Of a stretch of DNA of 64,000 nt, positions 1-18,459 are shown piece by piece; within the stretch, counting starts at the first letter, position 1; the number at the start of each line of letters is the position of its first letter. The DNA is from Octopus vulgaris. Lineage: Eukaryota. Position numbers and translations under genes: made by a program. The notes under the pieces were generated by a model. It was not told where the DNA came from. It worked only from the letters and a program-made list of their open reading frames with translations, and made no database searches. Location: the NCBI GenBank assembly GCA_951406725.2, contig OX597819.1, positions 46,376,001 to 46,440,000 of the forward strand, given 5' to 3'.

Positions 1-1084
1 ATTTGCGTTAATGGTACACATTCTGTGAAATACTCAGGACTTTGCGCGCTTATTTATTGAGCAGTTTATTGAAGGAAGAATTTATTGCCCAGCTTATTGA
101 GAGGAGAATCAATCGAGGGTGAGTCTATCGTCATTTGCCACTTACCGATATCTTCAAATTGGTGTCAGTCAGTAGCAGGTAGCTGTCATTGAGGTTATTG
201 TGAAAACAACGGCAATCGAGACTGGCTATTTTCGCAAATGAAAATTACCTGAGCAGAAAGAAAACTGATTTTTTATTATTATTATGGATGCTCCCTGTAC
301 CACCAGGCTCCTATATTCATGTCGCCGTTGTTGTCCTAGAGCCAACACTGGGTTGAACCTGTACCACTACAGGCAGACTGAGAACGTAAAGGTCCTGAAC
401 AAATACTGCAGGGCCATTTAGCAACGCCCTGTCAATTCAGACAGTCTGCCTCACAAGATTGATTTCTTCTCAATGCCAATATTAGCTATAAACTAATTTA
501 GATAAATCATTTGAAATAATGCAACCGTTTGATCTCTTTCCTTCTCGTATACTCATTAAAGCCACTCCTTATAATTTCTCTATAAATTCGAATGCTATTT
601 TTCAAAATACCATTTATTCAACGCTGTTGGTGAGATTCGTCATGACTGATGTCAAACAGATTAGCTCACCTGTGTGACAACTTAACTGTTTGAAATTTTA
701 TCTGAAGACAGTGGATTGTATGTTATGAGGCAATCTAAGGATACATCAATAAAAATCTACGGAAATTACTGTCGCAAATATTAAACCCTATATATATATA
801 TGAAATGGTCGTTTGTGTTGTCCGTTCAAACTCCTGTAGGTGCTCACAATAGAGTCCGCTGTTAGAAGTATTCAGCTCAGGTGGTCAGCGAATACCTAAC
901 ACGCTTCCTAATAGTGATGAAGGCTCTTTAATGAACCATGGGAAATGGCCTTCTTCTTGACTAAATAATAAAATAAATTTTAAAAACATGAGTTGGTTCT
1001 CAAAGGGTTCGTGATAAAAGCATAATGATATGAACCCTGCTTTCTTGATTCAGTACGCACCAATAACCTGAGATTTTGGTTATA

Positions 1085-1293
1085 AATTTTGGCAGAAGGG
1101 CCAGTAGGTTTGAAGATGGAACTAAGTCGATTACATCGATCCCTAGTCTTCAACTGGTACTTTTTTTTACCGACTCCGAAAGGATAAAAGGCAAAGTCAA
1201 CCGCGGCGAAATTTGAACTTAGAACATGCAGACGGACGAAATGCCATTAAGCATTTTGCCCGGCGTGCTAACGTTTCTGCCAGCTTCACCGCC
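1085..1293 (-). mobile_element. tRNA-derived SINE, family A (Meta-domain type)
   Basis: Reverse complement reads GGCGGTGAAGCTGGCAGAAACGTTAGCACGCCGGGC...GTTCAAATT (A/B-box-like), then GCCTTTTATCCTTTCGGAGTCGG...AGTACCAG, which resembles the MetaSINE central domain. Near-identical copies at 26905, 41590 and 60493. Confidence 0.85.
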
Positions 1294-1821
1294 TTGGTAA
1301 CTAGAAATGTTGGTTTCTAACTTCGATACAACACTACATAATGACATAATGTCGTAATGGTTGGGTGGAGGATAATTGATTCAATCAATTCTGATAAATA
1401 CCTGGTACACATTGAAATACTTTTGCGATATGTAAAAAATCTGTCATTTGATCAGACAAAATTGATTAGTCTACGAGAAGCCGATGAGACCAAATAGATC
1501 GAAATCTCTTCGTAGTTTTCTCTTGACTGCAAAACAAATCTTATAATTCTTTTCCCTTAATCATATCAATCAATTATCTTGCATAGATTATTGCCAAACA
1601 TCTAAAGATTAACTGCCTCTTTTCGTTGAGATGAGAAACATTTGTTGTCAGATTTTCTTTCTTTTATTGTTTGGTATTTCTCCAAATAAAAAGGAAATTT
1701 CGAAACGATTATCTTTATTTATTTATTTTATTAATCTTTACAGTATTCTTCAAATTTCGTATTTTGAAATATGAATATTTTAAAGTCAGAAGGTAAAGAA
1801 ACGTAAGAATATACATATAAG

Positions 1822-1945
1822 GTTGTTAGGGCGTTGGACTCATCATCGTAAGATTGGGGGTTCGATTCCTAGAGCGGTGGACGTATTGGGTCCTTGAGCA
1901 AAACCCTTCTTTTCACGTTGTTCCAGCCTACACAGCTGGTAAAAT
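1822..1945 (+). mobile_element. Degenerate tRNA-derived SINE (V-domain-like)
   Basis: GGTTGTTAGGGCGTTGGACTC...GGTTCGATTCC B box, followed by GTCCTTGAGCAAAACCCTT, which is similar to the V-SINE core. Confidence 0.6.
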
Positions 1946-2120
1946 TGCTTATTTGAAAGTTAGTCTGAAAATAGGGAAAATCTGATGACGTAACTCGAAA
2001 CTGAAAGTAAAGTCAAATTTTTTGCAATGTTCGTTTCAAGATTCGCCTTACGATTTATTCAGGTAGTGTCTGGTGAAGTCCCAATCAATTCGAACAGTAT
2101 GCATGTACACACACACACAC

Positions 2121-2186
<66 letters not shown>

Positions 2187-2631
2187 GCACGCACGCATAT
2201 ATGTATCTATGTAACCCAGACTAGCTTCCTGATCAGGGAGCATGTTGACCTGCTCGCCTAGCCAGCAGGGTAGCATCAATCAAAAGCTGAAATAATGCAA
2301 AGTGCATTGTGACCAACGATGTATAACAACATTCAAAAGTCTGGTCAACGTGAACACGTGATATATGCATATGTGTGTACATGTGCATGTGTGCGTGCGT
2401 GTGTGTGTGTGTATGTGTGTGTGTGTGTGTATGCATGTGTAATTGTTTTTTATGCGAGGTGGTACGTTACATTCGCAGCTGTTTATATTATTACATAATA
2501 CATGAGTGAACGTTTCAGCGGATACCTTAGGAGATTAGGGATGACTCTCAATCTACCAAATTCTAAACTTTTATATGCGTGTGTGCATATGTGTATATAA
2601 GCATGATTTGAACACACACTCACACACACAC

Positions 2632-2684
<53 letters not shown>

Positions 2685-2717
2685 GGGTGTGTGTGATTGT
2701 GTATAGAAGAATATATT

Positions 2718-2952
2718 AATAAAAGGAATTCCAACCTTGTCTAATTTTCACGTTTTATTTACAATCTTATAATGATATATTATAAGATAATATATTGTAA
2801 TAGAATAAAATAATAGAATGTTAAATGTTCAATCAGAATGAACATTTAACATTCTATTATTTTATTTTATTTTATTATATTATATTATCTTATATCATTA
2901 TAAGATTGTAAATAAAACGTGAAAATCAGACAAGGTTGGAATTCCTTTTATT
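2718..2952. repeat. AT-rich ~235-bp fold-back palindrome
   Basis: The left arm AATAAAAGGAATTCCAACCTTGTCT...ATGTTCA pairs with TGAACAT...AGACAAGGTTGGAATTCCTTTTATT around a 7-nt loop. (TA)n tracts lie nearby on both sides. Confidence 0.9.
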
Positions 2953-3019
<67 letters not shown>

Positions 3020-3177
3020 TAGTTATAGGAAAGTTCAATAAAAAAGTACCCCATCCAGTGCGAGATAAGTTTTCAAACAGGACTAACAATTCTCACTGAA
3101 CATGAAACATTGTCTGGAGACACAAGTTACGTTACTTAAATTTGTCGGTTGACCGTGTCTCCTTGGCACGAAACTTC

Positions 3178-3568
3178 AACCACATGGTTCCGGGTTCAGG
3201 CCCACTGCGAGGCACCTTGGGCATGTGTCTCCTAATATGGCCTCGGGCCGACCAAAGCCTTGTACGTGGATTTGGTAGACGGAAACTGAAAGAAGCTCGT
3301 CGTATATATGTGTATATATATATATGTATGTCTGTGTATATGTTTGTGTGTGTGTGTTTCTCCCCACCCCAACATCGCTTGACAACCGATGCTGGTATAT
3401 TTATGTCCCCGTAACTTAACAGATCGGCAAAAGAAACCGATGATAGAATAAGTACTAGGCTTACAAAGAATAAGTCCTGGGGTCGATTTCTTCGACTAAA
3501 GGCGGTGCTCCAGCATGGCCGCAATCAAATGACTGAAACAAGTAAAAGAGTAAAAGAGAGTAAAGAGT
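3178..3568 (+). mobile_element. tRNA-derived CORE-type SINE, family B (internal TA/TG microsatellite)
   Basis: GGTTCCGGGTTCAGG B box, CCTTGGGCA CORE-like motif, internal (TA/TG)n, and 3' tail GGCGGTGCTCCAGCATGGCCGCAATCAAATGACTGAAAC + (AAAAGAGT)n. More than 10 copies in the window. Confidence 0.9.
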
Positions 3569-3574
3569 TACCCC

Positions 3575-3722
3575 CACCCTCAATCCATCCTTTCAATCCT
3601 TTCTGTCGAAGAGCGTATGCTCGAAACGTCAAAGACTTTCCATTCTTCCTCAGCGTTAGATTAACACACCTGCTTCTTGTTTCTTCACTTGTCTTCATCT
3701 TTTGTTTTCTTTATGTTTGAAC

Positions 3723-3724
<2 letters not shown>
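3575..3724 (+). mobile_element. Short non-autonomous element with minimal hammerhead-like motif (Penelope pLTR-like), family H1
   Basis: CTTT-CTGTCGA-A-GAGC(GTAT)GCTC-GAAAC-GTC-AAAG at 3599-3634. The downstream sequence is shared with the 8640 and 55720 copies. Confidence 0.7.
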
Positions 3725-3775
<51 letters not shown>

Positions 3776-4369
3776 ACATACACACATACACACACACATG
3801 CATACAGACATACAGGTATGAAAATATTCGTGTCCATGTTTCAACGTATGAAGAGAGATAAAATCATATATGAAAGACGGGAAAGCGCAAATAGCATGTT
3901 GTATCAAAATGAATGAAAAGGAAAGACAATTACATGTAAAGCTAAGACAAACAAGCAGAAAATCTTATATACATTTGTGCATATGTAGTAATAAGAGTAT
4001 ATGATTAACATAATATATAAATAATAAACATATAAGTTTCCAAAAACAAAATGTCGTAACAACCAGTAAGCAATAAAAAATACTATGCCAAAAAATAGAT
4101 AAATAATAAATGAAAGGAAAAGATGCGAATAATGTGGGAAACAAGTAAAAAAGAAAAGGAAAGAAACGATGCGGAGAGGCATCTACGAAAGGTATGAAAA
4201 ACTAGAAATATAACAGAGAAGGTGCCCAGAATAACTAGGAAATATTCTGTGTTGTTATATGTGAAAACAAAAGATATGCATACATATAAACAGCTTTACG
4301 TGGTGAGAAAATAGTATAAATAAAACAGGAATAAATGAAGTATAAAATAAGTAAGAGATATACAGAGCA

Positions 4370-6218
<1,849 letters not shown>

Positions 6219-6882
6219 GTTATGGATCAATAACGAAATATATGAGTGCCTGTGTTTTATGTATATCAAAGTAAGTCTGTGTTTGTGTCTGTGTGTCGAG
6301 GTATGTATGCTTGGCAGTGTCTCCGTGTGTATATATATTCGCTTCTGTCTGAGTGTGTTTATGATACGTACGTGCCTGCTTGTTTCTGTAGCTTTGTTTG
6401 TTAATGTTCATATAGTCTTGTCTTCAATAAAGTCTTAGCAACGCTAATCGTAAGAATGACATCCAGTCAACCCAATCAGATAAAAAAAATAAATAGTAAA
6501 ATATAAAGATATCCCCGCAAAAACCAATCCAATCACAGCTGGTACCTTCCCCCTCATTCTCCTTCTTGAGCTAGTCTTCTCTTTCTACTGATCCTTCATT
6601 CAGACAAGGTTGCAAATGTAAAAACATCAACATAAATATTAGCATGCAAATTTGTTCATAAGAAATTAATATGTCTAAACATAAATCGGTGGCTGAGTCT
6701 GTACATATGTGTGTTTCTGTACATGCATATACTTACATCATACGTATAGATGTGTGTGTGTGTGTATATATATACATATGTAAATATATACATATGTATA
6801 TATGCATATATATACATATATGTACGTATATATCCATACTCGTATACATGATATATATATATATATATATATTATGTATATA

Positions 6883-7270
6883 TTCTTTTATTCTTTTACT
6901 TGTTTCAGTCATTTGACTGCGGCCATGCTGGAACATTATTTTTAGTCGAGCAAATCGACACCAAGACTTATTCTTTGTAAGATAAGTACTTATTTCATCG
7001 GTTCCCTTTTATCGAACCGCTAGTTACGAGGACATAAATACACCAGCATTAGTTGTCAAGCGATGGTGGGGACACAAACACAGATACAGCAACACACAAA
7101 CACACATATATATATACATACATACGACGGGATTCTTTCAGTTTCCGTCTGCCAAATCCACTCAGAAGGCTATAGTAGAAAACACTTGCCCATGGTGCCC
7201 CGCAGCGGGACTGAACCCAGAACCATGTGGTTGATAAGCAAGCTACATACCACGCAGCTACTCCTGCCCT
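6883..7270 (-). mobile_element. SINE family B, near full length
   Basis: Reverse complement runs from GGGCAGGAGTAGCTGCGTGGTA through the CORE-like region to the CAGCATGGCCGCAGTCAAATGACTGAAAC tail. Confidence 0.9.
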
Positions 7271-7648
7271 CATGTATTTCATTGTATCTTCACAGAAATT
7301 TCTTCATCATTTCCTGTTCTCAAACGCTACTTTTCACCAAACTCATTGATCATCAGCCGCAAAACAAGAACAAACACACAGTACCCCATACACTAGACCA
7401 TAATATAATAGCTGAGTCTCAGAACATAATATTCGGAAACCATAATAATTATTTAAGTATCGTAAGATAAACGCTACATTCGCCTTATCTCTACTACGTT
7501 CAAACTCCGCCAGGAGCAAAGATATTCAATTAGATACATCAACAAAAGAGCGTGAACCATGCGATCCAACTACACATAGAGACTGAGAGTCTCTAAGTAT
7601 CACACTTTATGAGTTAGTGCATCATTGATAGAGTGAAACCATATAATA

Positions 7649-8135
7649 TTGGGTTGTCCGGAAAGTTCGTGCCGATTTTTAAAGGAAAGAAAAATGTCAA
7701 TAAATACTTGCCATTACATTTTTAATCAACCAAATATGAAGCATTTTGTTGCACAATGCGTCTCCATCTTTCCTTTAACTTGAAAATACCCTCTTCACAG
7801 AAATGAGGTGGTTTCATGGCAAAGAATTCATCAAAGTATCTTTTTATGTCATCCAACGAATTGCATTTTTTACCATTAAGAATATTCTGCAGAGACCTAA
7901 ATAAGTGGAAATCCGATGGATCAATATCTGATGAATATGGAGGGTGGAGTAACACATCCCAGCCGAGCTGCAGCAATTTTTGTCTGGTTCCCAAAGAAAC
8001 GTGCGGTCTTGCATTATCATGTTGGAAAACAACACCTTTCCTATTGGCCAATTCTGGACGCTTCTCTTGAAGTCCTGCTTTTAACTCGTCCAGTTGTATG
8101 CAGGATTTCTCAGAATCAATTGTCTGGTTACTTCG
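7649..8135 (-). pseudogene. Mariner (DD34D) transposase C-terminal remnant with one TIR
   Basis: ORF 7722-8051 contains HDNARPH...HPPYSSDIDPSDFHLFRSLQN. TA-TTGGGTTGTCCGGAAAGTTC terminal repeat at 7647. Confidence 0.9.
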
Positions 8136-8639
8136 AGGTCAATATACGCAACACGAAGTCTCATTTTTTAGTTGTTTCCTTCACTGCAGCGCTAAGTCAG
8201 ACTGATCGGCCCCAGTATTTGTTGCTTGCTTGTTTTTTTTTTTTAAAGTCTAGTACTTGGTCTAACGGCCACTTATAACGAACCTCTGTGTTACAGGGAC
8301 ATAAACAAACCAAGATTGTTTTTTTTAAGCTGGAGAGGGACCCCAACCCTCCGCCTACCGACATACTTCACCTCTACCCCCACTCTCAGCCTAACCCACA
8401 CCCCACGCTTGCTTTCCCCACTCTCACCTCCCCCACCTCCCAACACCATCACACCACACCACACATCACTACACATCACATCACAACACACCACCACGCC
8501 AACGTCAGCACTGACCACTTCCCAGACATATATTTTCACACCTACACATACACACGCGCACACATCAAGATCACCAACCCTGTTCCACACGCACATACAA
8601 ACTCTCTTATACACACGCACGCGCACCTTCGTTTTGGGA

Positions 8640-9081
<442 letters not shown>

Positions 9082-9127
9082 GGATAGATGGATGTATGTA
9101 TATATATACAAACAAACATATATACAT

Positions 9128-9290
9128 ACAGTTTCCATCAACCAAATTCACTCACAAAGAATTGGTCAACCACGGGCTATGACAGCAAACGTTTGTCAAG
9201 CTATCGCACACAAGAGACTGAGCCCAAAACCACGTACCTACGATGCAACTTTCTGAATCCAACATCCTTCACCAGTACACAACTACTTTT
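9128..9290 (-). mobile_element. Old, diverged SINE B-related fragment
   Basis: CAGTTTCCATCAACCAAATTCACTCACAAAG resembles the reverse complement of the family B body. Confidence 0.55.
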
Positions 9291-9329
9291 GCCTAAATAT
9301 ATACATCTATCCGACCACTCATGCACGCG

Positions 9330-9431
<102 letters not shown>

Positions 9432-9846
9432 AATACGCACGCACACAAAAGCAGGCATTCATGCACGAGTGTAGGTGAACTGCTTACGTACCATCTGCAT
9501 TTCTTAAAATTTCACGGCCTGACGATTGCTGTTTGGGATAAAACTGAGAGTAACTGTGGGGCTTTCAATCTTCCAACGCACACAACCAAGCTTACTCAAT
9601 AACTCTATTGATTTTTCTCTGTCTTTAGAAGTATCAGTACTTAGTACATGCAACCTACATTTAAAATTCATGCGAACGCGTGGGCTGATTTGCATGTGTG
9701 TTCAGGTACATATATGACATATTTTCATCACTACATATAATATATGTATGTATGTATGAATATATGTATATATAGCTATATATATGTGTATATATATATG
9801 TGTATGTGTGTACATATGTATGTATGTATGTATGTATACATATTTA

Positions 9847-9884
<38 letters not shown>

Positions 9885-10076
9885 TATATATGAATGTATG
9901 CGTGTAAGAACACAGAGATATCTATGTAGGGATGTAAATGTTTTGAAGATATATATATATATATATTGTATATGTACGTACATACATATACTTATATATG
10001 TGTTCAGATATATATATGACATATTTTCATCACTACATATAATGTATGTGTATATATATGTATATATGTATGTGTG

Positions 10077-10110
<34 letters not shown>

Positions 10111-10553
10111 GATGTAAATGTTTTGAATATATACATATATATGTATATGGTATAAGAGTATGTATATACACACACAAACACACAAACACACATATATATA
10201 TACGTATATAATTCATGTACGTACTTGTATATAATATATACATCATCAAAGAGGCCTATCCATCATTTAAAATCTCCTCAACTTATATATTCTTTTCTCA
10301 AATGTTCACTTATACTTTGTTTAAATATTTTATTTCCTTCAGAATATTTCACATGTCTGTACTTAAACTGTACTTAAGTACACCTCTGTTGTTGATTATG
10401 TGCTATTTTGAGCTTTAGATTTAGTTTTGTTTTTTGTTGTTGCTGTTGTTTTGTATCTCATGGCCTACCAGAAGTAGCAGCCAAACGTTTTTACGTTATA
10501 TCATACTGCCTCGAAAATATACACGTTTTACAATCATAGAGATAGATAGTTAT

Positions 10554-10626
<73 letters not shown>

Positions 10627-10662
10627 AAGACAGAGGAACAGACAGACATAGATTGAGAGATC

Positions 10663-10846
10663 ACTTGATAACCGATGTCAGTGTGTTTACGTCCCCGTAA
10701 CTTAAAGGATCGACAGGAAGAGACCGATAGAATAAGTACTAGTCTTAAAAAGAACTGAGAATCGAACAGTTCCACTGAAATCTTTTCAAGACAGAGCTCC
10801 AGCATGGCCGCAGTCTAATGACTGAAACAAGTAAAAGATAAAAAAT
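10663..10846 (+). mobile_element. SINE family B, 3' half
   Basis: GTGTGTTTACGTCCCCGTAACTT...CCAGCATGGCCGCAGTCTAATGACTGAAACAAGTAAAAGA. Confidence 0.85.
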
Positions 10847-10927
10847 AAAGCTATAAATTTAGACACGTGTATATACATATATACATACATACCGATATAT
10901 ATATATATTATATAATAATATATATAT

Positions 10928-10965
<38 letters not shown>

Positions 10966-11039
10966 TGTGTGTGTATGTATATATGTGTGTGTGTATATAT
11001 ACATGTATGTATGTATTTACTTATGTATACATATATGTG

Positions 11040-11087
<48 letters not shown>

Positions 11088-11088
<1 letters not shown>

Positions 11089-11510
11089 GAGGAAAATAGG
11101 ACAAGGTAGGAAATGCTAAGATGTTATCAAGAAGAACAATTAATACCGGTATCAGTCTTTGTAACTGTTTCGACTTGAGTAATGTATGAAAAACAATTAA
11201 ATTGTAGATAAATCAAATGAAATGTTTTTTTTTATATATTTCTAAATTCCCAAATTTTAATCTGGGATTTATGTAGTATCATCCTTTGGCGTAGACTGAC
11301 TTTGGTTTGGCTTATGTATTTCTCTCGACACCCGGAGCAAGTTAATACATATATTTTTTATTTCGAAGCACATGTGAGGTTCTTTTACACTGTAAAACTT
11401 TGACCATGTTTGAAAGAGAACTCCGATCCCTCAATAAAGTTGATACATATACCACTGTTAGGTCTTCCGCATTTAGATCTTCCGAAGTTAGGTCTTCCGC
11501 ACTGACGGCT
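11088..11510 (-). pseudogene. Penelope-like element remnant: Cys linker + GIY-YIG endonuclease + pLTR end
   Basis: Manual translation of a frame absent from the ORF track: CGRPNFGRSKCGRPNSGICINFIEGSEFSFKHGQSFTV*KNLTCASK*KIYVLTCSGCREKYISQTKVSLRQRMILHKSQIK. Confidence 0.85.
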
Positions 11511-11744
11511 TCTCCGTTGTTGCCGAGTATATTTGGGCTTGTATTAGAATCCCTTATATTGGCCATCAGGGGCTATATAAGATTTTTGAGGTTCCACGCA
11601 ACGAAATGGTAAACTGGGTCTTCACAACAATATTTTAAGCGACCCTAAAAAGTATTTGCATTAGATGTATAAATATGCAGGTATTGCAAGAAACAACCAG
11701 GTTTCTTTCTCTGACATATTACGTAGTTGAACCTACACATATTA

Positions 11745-11886
11745 ATACGTGGAAAACAAAACAAGAGACATTTGAGAGATGTTCCTATGAAACTAGTTTT
11801 TAAATATTGAATGATTATGAGGGTCTACCAGACTAAAATGGTATTTCCAAGAGGTCCACAGATAAAAAATGGTCGAGAACCCTGCT
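11745..11886. mobile_element. Possible hAT/Charlie-like MITE end
   Basis: Ends ...GGTCCACAGATAAAAAATGGTCGAGAACCCTGCTCTA, typical of Charlie-type non-autonomous termini. A similar decayed end lies near 1040. Confidence 0.4.
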
Positions 11887-12099
11887 CTACATCTAAAAAT
11901 AGCCGCTAATCGCTAAATCACACTCAGATTCGAGCTTAGTGACTTAAACCGAGAGGAGCATATTAGAATTTGTGTTGCTGGATGCACTGTGTCTTGGCAA
12001 AAGTCAAAATTTTCGCGGCTGGAATAATTTTTTATCATAGATTGGCCTGGTCTAGATTTTGATAGCGACGATCTCCCTTAGAGACGTTATGTTTCAACA

Positions 12100-14545
<2,446 letters not shown>

Positions 14546-14547
14546 TG

Positions 14548-14618
14548 TCGGTGCTCCAGCATGGCCGCAGTTAAATGATTGAAGCAAGTAAAAGAATAGA
14601 AAAAGGAATAAAAGAATA
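14548..14618 (+). mobile_element. SINE B 3' tail only
   Basis: CGGTGCTCCAGCATGGCCGCAGTTAAATGATTGAAGCAAGTAAAAGAA. Confidence 0.75.
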
Positions 14619-14936
14619 TACACACATATATGTGTGTAGAGAGAGAGAGAGAGAGTGTGTGTGTGTACATATATATATAATAAGTATATATATATATTAA
14701 TAATAATAGTAGGGAATATAAAATTCCAAACTTACAGGGAAAAATTGAATTTAGCGATTCTAAATTACTTAATTTAATGTTTATTTAATTTAGTAATTTT
14801 AAGAATAATATATTAAATTTTTTCTATTTGATTTAATATAGATATCTTTCACTATCAATTGAATTACTTGATAGAAGTTATTTCTCTTAATTATATACAT
14901 GTATATATATAAATATATATATATATCTATATATAT

Positions 14937-14986
<50 letters not shown>

Positions 14987-14988
14987 GA

Positions 14989-15028
<40 letters not shown>

Positions 15029-15199
15029 AAGGAAGAAAGAAAGAAAGAAAGAGAGAAAATGGATTGATAAAAACTCTACGGATACTCTGGAATTCCAGAT
15101 GTATAACCGGTGATAGGAGTATTCCCGCTGTATATACGGTAATCAATAACTGCACAGCATACTACAAGATTTTTAACCAGATTTTACTCAACTATGTAG

Positions 15200-15291
<92 letters not shown>

Positions 15292-15433
15292 ATATATATG
15301 GATGTGTATGTGTCTAAATTACAGTTCCGTATTCTTCTGAAGAGAATCATATAAAAATTAAATAAAAGCACTTCTTTATCAAATAAATCATAGTAATATC
15401 CAATGTCTTGCACGTCTGTCATGAAATATAACA

Positions 15434-15516
<83 letters not shown>

Positions 15517-15528
15517 TGTTAATAATAA

Positions 15529-16156
<628 letters not shown>

Positions 16157-16157
16157 C

Positions 16158-16191
<34 letters not shown>

Positions 16192-16229
16192 TTTTTAGAA
16201 TTATTGACGTAACCTTCACAAAGGTAAAC

Positions 16230-18339
16230 AGTCAAGACGAAGAGCGCGATTCGATTGTAAGATATTTTATTGGTTGAACGATATTTCAACAGTAAGTCTG
16301 TCTTTGTCAACTTCAAAATAAGAAGTGATAAAAATTTAAAATTATAGAAATTTAAACCTAAAGTATGAACGAGAGCAATCAGCGTCCACACATTGATGGA
16401 ATGACATCATCAGTTTTTAAGTTACAATTTTATAACAGGCGAAAAGAAAAAGATTTAAAAAAAAACAAAAAAGAAGACGACAGAAAAAAAGGAAAGAAAA
16501 TGTGAGAAAGAGGAATATTCAAAAAACAGTTTTGTATAAATTTGATATTCTCCTGTCATCTTATTCATTCCTCCAGGGTGTGATATTAATAATCTGCAAA
16601 CATATTTCTCCTCATACATTCTGAGAAGTGAAAGTGAAGCAGATTCAGAATATTTTTTGGGAATATGCACTTTCAAGTCTTCTTCAAAATTGCAGCCGCT
16701 TGAAACAAAATGTCCAACAAGTTCTGTCGAACTATTGTTATTGTGCCTGACATCGAATCTGTGCCCATTAAACCTTTTGTTTGATTGTTCTGTTGTACAA
16801 TCAACATAAATAAAGTTGTGTTTCGTGCATTCTGCAGCGTACACCAAATGGGAATCTTTACATGTTTCACCTTCTGTATAAATCATAACATTTCTGTTAT
16901 GATTTCTGATAAAATTCACTCCACTCATGTTGTTGCACAATGAACAGGGCTTACCTCTCGCGCTGTTCTTTGGGGTACAGCGCGCAGATACTCCAATGTT
17001 CGTTTTCTTCGAGTCAGAAATAGAGGTCAATAATTCTCTTATATTCTTATTCCGTCTAAAGTCTACAATAGGCGGCTGAGGAAATATTTGTTTGAAACGA
17101 GAATATTTTTTCGCCACATCTTGGTAACTTTCATGCAACACTTTTGAAATACCAGCGAAATGTCGGTGCTAGCTGATCACTAAAGGAATTCTGCTAACTA
17201 TTGTATTGTGTTTGCTAAAATTATGCGTGAAGGTTTGACTATCTTTGCTAATCCTAGCTATTTCATTTGCTATTTCCTTTAATCGTGATGCACTGTAACC
17301 GCGTTTGACATAATGGTATTCAAAAGCATTTGCATGTTTCCAGCAATCCCCTATATCAGTACAAATCCGTTTTATCCTCAAAAATTGGTATTTCGGATTT
17401 GACCGAATAAGATGATGTAGATGATCACAGCGGCGGTGGAGATAAATGTGGGAAGACGTGGGCCTGCAAAATAACTCTGTCATTATTCTGCCTCCAGAAA
17501 ACTTGACTTTTGTGTCCAAAAGGTCAACGCTAGTTTTTCAAAAACTAGACGTAAATTTTATGTTGGACTTAAAGCCATAGTTTGTAGCATAACAGTCACA
17601 GAAATGCAAGAAGTTCATTAAACTATCATGTGATCCTTCCCAGACAAAAAAAGACGTCATCAATGAACCGTAACCAGAGTATTGGTTCATGACCATGAAG
17701 GGATTTGAATGTGTCTCGAATTTCGTCGTGAAGACATTAGCGAAATTAACTGCCATCGGGTACCCATGGCGCAACCCTTCGTCTGGTGGTAAAATCTTTG
17801 TCTAAATTTCATTGTGTTCCTTTCTAACACAAACCTCAATAATCTACAGAGAAAAATTTGATGGAATACTTTTGTTTGACCGCTATTCGAAGGCATCCAT
17901 GCATGCTTCTACCCCGTCATTTTGGTCAATATTGAGATATAAGGAACAAACATCCATGGTTACCAAAAAAAAAAAAAAACAGTTCTCGATACGGCCTCGG
18001 TACTTTAAAAAAGTTGTTGATTTGAGATACAAAATCAAAGGTATCCCTTTTTTTGACGTTTTGTGACGGGGAATAGAAAACCATCAAGCCATTCCGCAAT
18101 TTTGGCCGAGCAACATTCATATACGCTGCAAATTGGGTGCATTGGAGGAAATCTTTCGAACATTTTGTGTATTGTAGGAAGACCATAAAATACAGGTGTT
18201 CTTCTTTTTCACCTTAAAACCTTTATAATTTTGAATTTTTATCACTTTTTATTTTGAACTTAACAAAGACAGGCTTACTGTTGAAATATCGATCAACCAA
18301 TAAGATATCTTACAATCGAATCGCGCTCTTCGTCTTGAC

Positions 18340-18340
<1 letters not shown>
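16230..18340 (-). mobile_element. Penelope-like element (Neptune-type), RT + GIY-YIG pseudogene with inverted pLTR
   Basis: Frameshifted motifs FYHQTKGCAMGT, MAVNFANVF, FFVWEGS, ELFCRPTSSHIYL..HHLIRSNPKYQFLRIKRICT, C..KPCSLC linker, CKDSHLVYAAEC..IYVDCT..RFNGH. A ~125-bp inverted repeat pairs 16230-16355 with 18215-18340. Confidence 0.92.
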
Positions 18341-18409
<69 letters not shown>

Positions 18410-18459
18410 TGCAGTGATGATGATGATGGTGATGATGATGATGATGATGATGATGACGA

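Noticed and set aside
9696-10130. ~300-bp-period direct repeat (also ~205-bp period at 57155-57410)
   Set aside because: These are simple local tandem duplications within microsatellite-rich DNA, with no functional signature.
11342-11566. 74-aa ORF with AEDLT repeats as a host gene fragment
   Set aside because: An alternative frame of the same DNA is clearly a Penelope Cys linker/GIY-YIG.
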